Of a stretch of 64,000 nucleotides of DNA, positions 10,005 through 18,568 are shown piece after piece. The stretch comes from an uncultured Clostridium sp. (lineage in GTDB: Bacteria; Bacillota_I; Bacilli_A; RF39; UBA660): NCBI GenBank assembly GCA_905199855.1, contig CAJKHY010000004.1, positions 2,449 to 66,448 of the forward strand, given 5' to 3'. Both the position numbers and the translations under genes were made by a program. The notes below the pieces were generated by a model, which was not told the origin of the DNA, did no database searches, and was given only the letters and a program-made list of their open reading frames with translations. Numbering within the stretch: position 1 is the first letter of the stretch; every line of letters starts with the position of its first letter.

Positions 10005-11162
10005 TTAGAAATCAATGCTACCACTTAGGATGTTTTTTAAGTTTCTTAGATACATCTTAATTAGGGTTGCTTTTTTTACATTTTCTTTGACGGTAACATC
10101 TATTTTATCAATTGTTTTTCCATTTTCTATGACGTTTAGTTTTCCAACGATTTCTCCTTTTTTTACTGGGGCTTTAATTGTTTTGATGTCAAGTGTGTAT
10201 GTTACATTTCTTTTTTCTTTGTTTTTATTGTTTAATATGCTTACATCTTTTAATGGTTGTAAGGTAACGTATTCATTTTCTCCTTGATAAACTTTTGCAT
10301 TGCCTAGATTACTACTGGTTGTAAGCATTTTTTCTAAGCTGTACATGCTGAAACCATAGTTAATTAGGCCTGTGGTTTCGCTACTGCGTGTTGTGGCTTC
10401 TGGTTCACCCATTACTACACTGATGAGTCGCATACCATCTTTTTCTATTGTGGCGGTTAGGCAATATCCGGCAGTATCTGTATAACCCGTTTTTAATCCA
10501 TCAACGCCTTTGAAAAATCTGACTAGTTTATTGGTATTTACTAACCAAAATTCTTTTGATGTTCCTTTTCTTAGGTAATCTTCGTATATACCTGTATATT
10601 CTAATACTTTTTTATGTTTGACTAATTCTTTTCCTATCATTGCCATGTCGTGTGCACTTGAGTAATGGTTTTCTTCATCTAGTCCGTGAGGATTTTTAAA
10701 ATTTGTTTCGGTTAGGCCTAATTCTTTAGCTCTGTCGTTCATCATTTTCACAAACATTTCCTCACTGCCCCCGATGGCTTCTCCTAAGGCTACGACTGCA
10801 TCATTGCCTGATGCTACCGCTACACCTTTAAATAAATCTTCTACACTCATTTGCTCTCCTGTTTCAAGGAGTATTTGGCTACCACCCATTTTGCTGGCGT
10901 TTTCTGATACGGTTATCATTTGATCCCATTTTAGGTTGCCTTTGTCAATGCTTTCTACTACTAGTAACATACTCATCATTTTGGTCATGGAAGCGGGTGC
11001 TAATTTTTCGTGGGCATTTTTTTCCCACATGATTTCTCCTGTTGATGCTTCAATTAATATTGCACTTTTTGCATTTTTTGCTAGGTCAACTTCATCGGCC
11101 TTTACTACTGTGATAACTGAAAAAAACATAATAAAAAGCATAAATTTTATTTTTAGTTTCAT
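10005..11162 (-). CDS. D-alanyl-D-alanine carboxypeptidase (peptidase S11, PBP5/DacF-like)
   Basis: Signal peptide; SMTK (SxxK), SGN, KTG motifs; C-terminal PBP5 domain. Confidence 0.8.
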   Translation of the reverse strand: MKLKIKFMLFIMFFSVITVVKADEVDLAKNAKSAILIEASTGEIMWEKNAHEKLAPASMTKMMSMLLVVESIDKGNLKWDQMITVSENASKMGGSQILLETGEQMSVEDLFKGVAVASGNDAVVALGEAIGGSEEMFVKMMNDRAKELGLTETNFKNPHGLDEENHYSSAHDMAMIGKELVKHKKVLEYTGIYEDYLRKGTSKEFWLVNTNKLVRFFKGVDGLKTGYTDTAGYCLTATIEKDGMRLISVVMGEPEATTRSSETTGLINYGFSMYSLEKMLTTSSNLGNAKVYQGENEYVTLQPLKDVSILNNKNKEKRNVTYTLDIKTIKAPVKKGEIVGKLNVIENGKTIDKIDVTVKENVKKATLIKMYLRNLKNILSGSIDF

Positions 11163-11208
11163 GTTATATCCTCCTAGTAAAATTTATGCTTTAATATTTG
11201 ATTTATTA

Positions 11209-12225
11209 TTATTTTATGGTTATGGCGTATTTGGTATTTAAATCATCCTCGTAAGCGATGTAATAAGTTCCATTTTTGACATATTTGCTTTTGCTCACTA
11301 GTAAGTAATCACCGTCTTTGTGAATTTGCCACTTTTGGACTAGGCTTGTTTGATTGCTTGTATATAGATTATAATTATTTAGAATTTTATCGTTATCATA
11401 AGCAATGAATTTATAATTAGTTGTCCCTTGCTTTTCCATTGTGTATTTGTATGTTGAAGCGGGAATAGTTACGTTTACTGATTTTTTAGCGTTAGCACTT
11501 CCACATTTGATATTTGCAACAATGGTTACCTTTTTATCAGTTGTGTCTCTTGTAACTGTGCTGAAGTCAGCATCGGTCCATGTAATTTGACATTTACCAC
11601 TTACGGCAGTTGATTTTAATGTTTGATTGGCTTGTACAACAGCAAAGTCTTTTACTTCTTCTCTTGCTACAGATAAATATGTTTGGTCATCAGTTAGGGC
11701 AACTTCCCAACTTGCTACAAGTTTGATATCTTTGGTTACTGGTGTATTAAAATCATAATCAATACCATCTAACTTCCACCCTGTAAATACGTGTCCATTT
11801 TTGGTAGGAGTTTTTGGAATAGTCGCAGTTTTACCACTTTCAATGGTTTGATAGTCTACGGTGCTTCCTCCGTTTGAGTCAAATGATACAACATAACTAA
11901 ATATGTAATCGCTGTTAATTTCCCATTTGGCATAGATTATGGTATCACTTTTTATTTTTTTACTAAAATCATATTTAGTATTGTCAAAGTACCAGCCAAG
12001 AAATTTGTATCCTTCTCTTCTTGGTTCTGCAGGTTCTATGACAGAATTTCCTGTTCTTACCTTTCTTATTTCAATTATAGTGTTGTCTTCATTCATAAAT
12101 GTTACTGTATATTCAGTGGTGTATATTTTTATTATGAAAAATGCTATAAGGAATACTAATACAATGCCTAAACACAAAACAATACTTTTTACTATTTTTC
12201 CTTTTGTTTCTAAAGATACATTCAT
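11209..12225 (-). CDS. Signal-anchored surface protein with Listeria-Bacteroides-type repeats (YKFLGWY, GHVFTGWKLDG) and a C-terminal beta domain
   Basis: N-terminal TM (IVLCLGIVLVFLIAFFII) and two Gly-Trp repeats typical of PF09479-like repeats. Confidence 0.5.
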   Translation of the reverse strand: MNVSLETKGKIVKSIVLCLGIVLVFLIAFFIIKIYTTEYTVTFMNEDNTIIEIRKVRTGNSVIEPAEPRREGYKFLGWYFDNTKYDFSKKIKSDTIIYAKWEINSDYIFSYVVSFDSNGGSTVDYQTIESGKTATIPKTPTKNGHVFTGWKLDGIDYDFNTPVTKDIKLVASWEVALTDDQTYLSVAREEVKDFAVVQANQTLKSTAVSGKCQITWTDADFSTVTRDTTDKKVTIVANIKCGSANAKKSVNVTIPASTYKYTMEKQGTTNYKFIAYDNDKILNNYNLYTSNQTSLVQKWQIHKDGDYLLVSKSKYVKNGTYYIAYEDDLNTKYAITIK

Positions 12226-12326
12226 TTTATTATCACACCTTTATTTTTATCTAAGATAATTTTATCATATTAAAAAAATATTGTCTATATAAAAAGAGAA
12301 AAACTTTGTTTTCTCTTTGAGTAACT

Positions 12327-12887
12327 TTAATAAGATAAGAATGTCTTTATTGCAACCGTAGCCAAAAATGGTTTGTCCATCAATTCGTTTTGTACTTCAC
12401 CTGTTTCATGAAGCCATACTATTAATTCATAGTTATCAGCATCAGTAGCATTTAATACTAAACTAGTAGTATATAAATCAAGAGTTGTACTATCACCAAT
12501 ATTTGCGAAATCACCATTTGCGACACTTGTGTCATCTTTTAATAATTGCCACTTGAAACTGCTATTTTTTAGATTTTCATCAATGGTAATATCTTGCAGA
12601 AGGACTGTATATTTAGCAGTCATACTCATGCTTGAATTAGCTTTTACAGTAAATATAGTCTTATCTGCTTTTGTTGGAACTTCTGCTTCGGTTAAGGGAA
12701 TACCTGTTGTTGTACTTATATATTTACTTGTTGCGAATTCTACAACAATTTTATCACTAGTAGGGGTTTTTATATCAAAACTAGTAGATGTTGCTGTGGC
12801 ATACCAAGCATAACTAAAACCAAGTAATAAAGAGAACATTACCATTGTTGTTAAACATAAGACCAATAATAATTTTTTAAAGTTCAT
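12327..12887 (-). CDS. Small secreted protein with TasA/CalY-like SipW-cognate-type signal peptide (LLLGFSYAWYATATS)
   Basis: N-terminus MNFKKLLLVLCLTTMVMFSLLLGFSYAWYA, then a 150-aa Thr/Ser-rich beta-type domain. Confidence 0.45.
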   Translation of the reverse strand: MNFKKLLLVLCLTTMVMFSLLLGFSYAWYATATSTSFDIKTPTSDKIVVEFATSKYISTTTGIPLTEAEVPTKADKTIFTVKANSSMSMTAKYTVLLQDITIDENLKNSSFKWQLLKDDTSVANGDFANIGDSTTLDLYTTSLVLNATDADNYELIVWLHETGEVQNELMDKPFLATVAIKTFLSY

Positions 12888-12972
12888 ATAAAATCACCTA
12901 ATCACTCTACCATACATATAAAGAATAACATATTTTTTAAACTTAATCAATAAGAATAATTAAATATTTTTT

Positions 12973-13695
12973 CTAAATTTTGTTATTTTTTTTATTTTTT
13001 AATTTTATAACTCTATAGATTATGTATCCAAGGAGCGATAAACCTATTATATATAAGATATATTTAATAATTTTAAGATAATCTATACCTGTTTTAAATA
13101 TTCTATTTTTATCAAACTCTAAATTGATTCTTTTAGAGTAGTCATGGAAATCATATGTCCATGTATATGTATTTGTTTTGTTATCTACTTGATCAGCATT
13201 ATTTTTTGTAACTACGTATGGTACTTTTATTTTAACTTCTAATTTTGTTACAATAGGTTCTTCTTCCATACCATCAACAAATAACCAAAAATTATCTAAG
13301 TTGTTATCACTTGATATGGTAATTAAATTTTTTTCTTTTGCTATTTTTAAGCCATCAACATATATCTTTTTTATATATTTGGATTGGGCAAAATCTTCTA
13401 AATTTTTATATGTTTTATTACTAGATATGGCCATGTTACCTGAACTAGAATATTTTTTAATATTATTTAAATCCTCATCTTGGTGTAATTCGGAATATGT
13501 TTCTTTTAGGGTTTCATACATGGTATCTACTGTGTATTCATTTCCTATTTTAAAACGATCATCACCTAGTATTTCCATGTTTTCAACAACTGTTAGGTCT
13601 TTGTTAATTGTTACATCGTAATTAATAGTACATCCTGTTAAAAGAAATAAACTTAGTATTAAAGTTATTGTTTTTTTATTCATAATAATTATCAC
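12973..13695 (-). CDS. Bitopic lipoprotein, paralog 1 (lipobox LTGC; C-terminal TM plus basic tail)
   Basis: LTGCTINYDVTIN lipobox; C-terminus ILYIIGLSLLGYIIYRVIKLKNKKNNKI; shares NADxV..TYTW motif with paralogs. Confidence 0.5.
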   Translation of the reverse strand: MIIIMNKKTITLILSLFLLTGCTINYDVTINKDLTVVENMEILGDDRFKIGNEYTVDTMYETLKETYSELHQDEDLNNIKKYSSSGNMAISSNKTYKNLEDFAQSKYIKKIYVDGLKIAKEKNLITISSDNNLDNFWLFVDGMEEEPIVTKLEVKIKVPYVVTKNNADQVDNKTNTYTWTYDFHDYSKRINLEFDKNRIFKTGIDYLKIIKYILYIIGLSLLGYIIYRVIKLKNKKNNKI

Positions 13696-13700
13696 CTACC

Positions 13701-14465
13701 TTATACATTATCATTACTTCTCATTTTCTTTAAGATAAAGATCCCTATAATTATTATAACGCTAAATACTATGCCCAAAAAAATATATTTGTTTACTGAA
13801 TTATTAGATTTTTGAGTGGTGTTATTTGTTTGATTATTTTCTTTGTTACTTTCATTTTCTTTATTGTTATCAATTACTATGTTATTACTATCATTTGTAT
13901 CATATGAAATGGTTAAAACTTTATCTGCGTTATCTTTATTGTATATCCAAGTGTATGTATCTCCTTCTACTTTATCAGCGTTGCTACTTGTTACTTTAAA
14001 AGGTAATACTATGTTTATGTTCAGTTGATTTACTGGTGCTTTTATATAGTTTACATCTTTTAAAATGTTTTGTAACTCAGTTTTAGGAGTTGCCTTGATG
14101 ATAACTAGTTTTTTATTTTGATTTATTTTAATCTCTCCAAAAAAGTCTTTTATGGCTTTTGATTCACGGTATTTGTAATAATCAGTATAGACTGTCGATG
14201 CTGAAAAAATGTTGTCAATATAGGTTGGACAATTATCTTCAAAGCATTCTTCTGGATCAGAATCGTAGTAAATAGAATAATAATTTCCATAATCATCTTT
14301 TATTGTATTTAATGTTTCATCAGTAATTTCAATATTTTCATTGATTAAGGTTATTTTTTCTGTTATTTCATTATTATCGATAATTAAATTATAATTAATG
14401 GTGCATCCTGTTAACAAAAATAAACTTAATATTAAAAATATAATTTTTTTATGATTTAAAATCAT
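13701..14465 (-). CDS. Bitopic lipoprotein, paralog 2
   Basis: LTGCTINYNLIID lipobox; VTSSNADKVEGDTYTWIYN; C-terminal TM FLGIVFSVIIIIGIFILKK. Confidence 0.5.
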   Translation of the reverse strand: MILNHKKIIFLILSLFLLTGCTINYNLIIDNNEITEKITLINENIEITDETLNTIKDDYGNYYSIYYDSDPEECFEDNCPTYIDNIFSASTVYTDYYKYRESKAIKDFFGEIKINQNKKLVIIKATPKTELQNILKDVNYIKAPVNQLNINIVLPFKVTSSNADKVEGDTYTWIYNKDNADKVLTISYDTNDSNNIVIDNNKENESNKENNQTNNTTQKSNNSVNKYIFLGIVFSVIIIIGIFILKKMRSNDNV

Positions 14466-14478
14466 ATTCTCACCTCAA

Positions 14479-15645
14479 CTATCTTGTGGTAGTATTTTTA
14501 CATTGTAATTTTTGAATAGCATCTAATATTTTATTACAGTTTTTCCTGTCTTTATTTTGACAAGCGCCTCCATAAGAAGATAAAAAATAGTTAGTTAAAT
14601 CAACATATTTATTGTTTCTTTTGACAATATAGACAAACTTGCTGTTTCCAATGGTTCCTATCATTGTACCCATTTCTATATTACTACCTATTTGATATGT
14701 TGTGTATACATTTTCTAAGTTGCAATAACTATGAAATTCGCCATGATTAGTAAATATAGTTACACCGTTTCTGCAGTTAGTGGTTGTTTCATTTACTACT
14801 TTGCCTCCTTCTAAGGCATAAACGTTAACTATGTCATTGATATCTTTTTTATCCAATTCAATACCTTGATTAAATTTATTATTAATTGAACCTACGCAAT
14901 TACCAATGTTAGGCTGATATCTCCTTCCTGTGGCATCTTTTAATAGTGATGAAACTGTAATTATATTTGTTAATGGTTTGTTTGGTGCACTTTCGGTTAC
15001 ACCTCCACAAGCGTATGATGTCTTGTCAGTGAAATATGGGGTAATATATATAGGTTTTCCTGCGTAGTTGTTTATTTGAAAATGTAAGTGTGTTCCTGTT
15101 GAACAACCTGTATTTCCAATTTTACCTAGTAATTGTCCCTGTTTTACTATATCTCCTACTTTGACTGTTTTGCTTGACATATGCATATAGTGTACTTGAT
15201 ATCCAGCAAATCTTGAATCAGTAACTTCCAGTGTAACGGAAACACCACGACTACTTGGGCATGTTACTGGTGAACATATTAAACTTTCTCCTGGCGCACA
15301 ATTTTTAGTATTATTGGTTGTGGCAATTATTTTACCATCAAATACAGCATAGATATTACCATCGCCAGTGCCTTTTGTTAAGTCCATACCTTTATGATAT
15401 ACTCCGCCTCCACGATTTCCACATACTACATCGGTAACACGATAATTTTTGATTGGGTCAACCATGTGGCACATAACATTGTAACCACTTTCACAACAGT
15501 TAGATACTCCGGGACAATATCCTTCTTCATTATCATCCATTTTAATTAAAGATTCGGTTCTAATAGAAAAAGATTTGTTGTTATTAAAGCTATAGTAAAA
15601 ACTAAATGAACATATAACAATTAATAAATATAAAGTTTTTTTCAA
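14479..15645 (-). CDS. Secreted Cys-rich M23 (LytM-type) metallopeptidase with a second, degenerate M23-like domain
   Basis: YHKGMD (HxxxD) and GTHLHFQI (HxH) in domain 1; residues about 230-388 repeat the fold without the His ligands. Confidence 0.7.
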   Translation of the reverse strand: MKKTLYLLIVICSFSFYYSFNNNKSFSIRTESLIKMDDNEEGYCPGVSNCCESGYNVMCHMVDPIKNYRVTDVVCGNRGGGVYHKGMDLTKGTGDGNIYAVFDGKIIATTNNTKNCAPGESLICSPVTCPSSRGVSVTLEVTDSRFAGYQVHYMHMSSKTVKVGDIVKQGQLLGKIGNTGCSTGTHLHFQINNYAGKPIYITPYFTDKTSYACGGVTESAPNKPLTNIITVSSLLKDATGRRYQPNIGNCVGSINNKFNQGIELDKKDINDIVNVYALEGGKVVNETTTNCRNGVTIFTNHGEFHSYCNLENVYTTYQIGSNIEMGTMIGTIGNSKFVYIVKRNNKYVDLTNYFLSSYGGACQNKDRKNCNKILDAIQKLQCKNTTTR

Positions 15646-15657
15646 TTTTAATCACCT

Positions 15658-16509
15658 CTATATTCTATTGGTTTTTTCTATTTTCTTTTTAATAAAGAGT
15701 ACTATTACCAATATAATTGTTAGTACTATTCCTATAAGAATTATTGGTACTATTTTGTTGTTTTTTACAAATTCAGTCCCATTTACTTTACCAAATGATA
15801 CTTTTTCAACAATATTTCCTGTTATTTTTTCAATAACATTTGGCTCACTTTTTTCGTTGTATGTATATTTATTTTTTTTAGAATATGTTAGTTTTAACTC
15901 AAAATTGGATGCATTGTTTTCATTTACAACCCAATAATGTGTGTTGGTTTTTTTGTCTATTTTGGTGGCATTACTATCAATAATATCATAATATGACTGT
16001 ATTTTTATAACTATGTTATCTACATCAAAAGTATATTTATATGAAGTCGTTAATTTTTTTACATTATCATAGTTAAATTTATTGCCATAAATGGTGTAGG
16101 TGGCACTGTCATTTGTTATTTTAGATGTTTCAAAATAATAATTAAAGAATAATGATTTTGAAAAATCTTGAATGTTATCTATATTCTTTTTTAATTTATA
16201 TGTTGCTGATTGTCCATTATTGTTTTTAAAGTTTGCTTTATTTGCTACAATAATTTGGGGTTCTATATCATTTTCACCCGACAAATAAAACTCTTTTATA
16301 TTATTAACTGCTGTACTTATTGGTTCACCATATTTTGACAATACTTCGTTTGTTTCAGTAAAATATATTGTTTCGTCTAAAGTGTTATTGTTATTTATTA
16401 TAAGTTCATAATCAACAGAACATCCAGTTAACAAGCATAGTGTTAATATTATTAATATTTTTTTCACTATATCACCTCTTAATATGGTCTTACAAAACCA
16501 GCAATCCAT
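15658..16509 (-). CDS. Bitopic lipoprotein, paralog 3
   Basis: LTGCSVDYELIIN lipobox (probable start VKKILIIL); C-terminal TM IVPIILIGIVLTIILVIVLFIKKK. Confidence 0.5.
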   Translation of the reverse strand: MDCWFCKTILRGDIVKKILIILTLCLLTGCSVDYELIINNNNTLDETIYFTETNEVLSKYGEPISTAVNNIKEFYLSGENDIEPQIIVANKANFKNNNGQSATYKLKKNIDNIQDFSKSLFFNYYFETSKITNDSATYTIYGNKFNYDNVKKLTTSYKYTFDVDNIVIKIQSYYDIIDSNATKIDKKTNTHYWVVNENNASNFELKLTYSKKNKYTYNEKSEPNVIEKITGNIVEKVSFGKVNGTEFVKNNKIVPIILIGIVLTIILVIVLFIKKKIEKTNRI

Positions 16510-18536
16510 GCAGAACCTTTTGCATTTGGAGCATACCTATTGTCGTATGCATCATAAATGGTAGTGGTATAAGCTGGTTCGCCTTCAGTAGTAATATGAG
16601 TTATCTCAATAGCACCATCAGGATGAACAGCAGTAACAACACCTACGTGCCCAATACAACCAAATCTATTACTTCTTCCATGACTTAATTTACAATTACC
16701 ATTACTGTCTAATCGGCTAGTAAAAAATAAATCTCCTGGCATTACACTGTTTACATCAACACAATTATCTCTTTTTCCTCTAAACATTTCGGCGGCAGAT
16801 GCACCATAATTAACACCACCCAATTTTAAGGCTGCACTGGCAAATTTATTGCAATCCCAACCACCATAATGATATGTCTTTTGCATTAGGGATGCATTTG
16901 TTTTAATGCTAGCAATTTTATCCCCAATTGATTTATTATAGCTACTACTATCTACATAATTGGTGCAAAAATCTGTATCTACTTCTTCTGGGTTTGGTTT
17001 TGGCTGTGGTTCATAATCTATTTCTTCATAATAATTATTATTGTAATATCTTGATTTTCTTCTTCCGGCACAGCTTAAATCACGATAACTTATTATATCT
17101 ACATCTTTATCACTACAAACATTGTATATCATTGTAGCATTTTCATAATATGAATACAAACTATATGTTTCAAATACTATTTGGCTAATATCTCGTCTTT
17201 TTTGTTTAACATCAGTTTTATCTACGTATTGATGGTAATATGATTCAATAAATCTATCACAGTAACATTTGTCTTTTCCTGTTTCTTCATCTTTTCCACA
17301 AAACATTTCAACATCAGCATCAGTTGGTAAATTACCTAATAAATATTCATTATATCCTTCACAGTCTAATTCATAACTTAAGTCATCAAGCCCAATGTCA
17401 CCAGAACCAGAAAAAGGCTTAGAGTATTTGACAGCATTTGTTTCTTTACAACCATATATACCTTGGGCATCAGAAGAATCAGTTAATTCATTATCAAAGC
17501 AATATAAATCATCATCATAAGAAGATAAATCATATGTTTCCATACAAGATTTACATGTAGAATCTTTATTAGGATCGCAATCCCAATAGTAACCTTCAGT
17601 TTGAATAACCCTATTATAATACTCAGTTGGTCCCAAAACCATACCATAATTCCCTACACGACTAATGCATTGTCCTTCCATTCCAACATCAACAATATTA
17701 ATTTCTATATGTCTAGTTGTATCAGTATAGGTTCCCACATATTCTGGATGTATTGTTAAATATGTCTCAATTCTTTTAATTTGATATTTTGACAATACCT
17801 CTACTCCTTCAATTGCTTTCCTCAATTTAGACAAATGATATTTTGAATCTATAGATTGTTTTGCATCATATAAAAAATTATTTTCTACAAAATCACGATA
17901 TGATCCAGTATGAAGGTCATATCCTTTTCCTTCTTCCACAAAATAACTATACTCTTTTTCAAATTCGTCATTTCTTGTCATTTCAGACTGATATCTACTA
18001 TTATATAATGTTGCTGTAATTAAAGTAGTATCTATTTGTACACCATACATTTTAGTATTAGCATTATCTGGATATAAAGGAGCATGTTGTGTTCTTTTTG
18101 AACGAAATATTTTTCTAAAAAAACTTCCTATTGATTGCCAAATAGACCCACCATTTTTATCTTCTTTATAAAATTCATAGGCATCATATAAAGCATCAAA
18201 ATATTTATCATTATTTTCTTTTAATTTTTCATCTTTACTATCAAAATATTGAGTGAAATTTAAAAATTCGTCTCTTTCTATTATCTTTCTTTCATAATCA
18301 GTTTCACCTTTAAGGCGCTCTGCTCCTGCACGTTCTACAGAGTTTAAGGTGGCAAGAGAGGCAAATATTTTTAGAACAACATAAATAAATACAGCAATAA
18401 AAAGAACGAAGGCAAAGCCAATAGCAATGATGCTTATTATTTTTGCTGTCTTTAGATTTTTTAGCATTTTTATAATGCCATTTATTTTTGAATTATTTTC
18501 TTTGTTGTTATTATTTATAAAATTTAAAAACTTCAT
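16479..18536 (-). CDS. Membrane-anchored cell-wall hydrolase: N-terminal TM, large Cys/Tyr-rich central region, C-terminal NlpC/P60 peptidase domain (T4SS VirB1/CwlT/TcpG-type role)
   Basis: C-terminal GGWDCNKFASAALKLGG (Cys nucleophile) ... CIGHVGVV (His) ... H, the NlpC/P60 arrangement; TM at residues 30-55. Confidence 0.6.
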   Translation of the reverse strand: MKFLNFINNNNKENNSKINGIIKMLKNLKTAKIISIIAIGFAFVLFIAVFIYVVLKIFASLATLNSVERAGAERLKGETDYERKIIERDEFLNFTQYFDSKDEKLKENNDKYFDALYDAYEFYKEDKNGGSIWQSIGSFFRKIFRSKRTQHAPLYPDNANTKMYGVQIDTTLITATLYNSRYQSEMTRNDEFEKEYSYFVEEGKGYDLHTGSYRDFVENNFLYDAKQSIDSKYHLSKLRKAIEGVEVLSKYQIKRIETYLTIHPEYVGTYTDTTRHIEINIVDVGMEGQCISRVGNYGMVLGPTEYYNRVIQTEGYYWDCDPNKDSTCKSCMETYDLSSYDDDLYCFDNELTDSSDAQGIYGCKETNAVKYSKPFSGSGDIGLDDLSYELDCEGYNEYLLGNLPTDADVEMFCGKDEETGKDKCYCDRFIESYYHQYVDKTDVKQKRRDISQIVFETYSLYSYYENATMIYNVCSDKDVDIISYRDLSCAGRRKSRYYNNNYYEEIDYEPQPKPNPEEVDTDFCTNYVDSSSYNKSIGDKIASIKTNASLMQKTYHYGGWDCNKFASAALKLGGVNYGASAAEMFRGKRDNCVDVNSVMPGDLFFTSRLDSNGNCKLSHGRSNRFGCIGHVGVVTAVHPDGAIEITHITTEGEPAYTTTIYDAYDNRYAPNAKGSAWIAGFVRPY

Positions 18537-18568
18537 TCTTTCACCACCATACTAATTTAGTTTGAATT

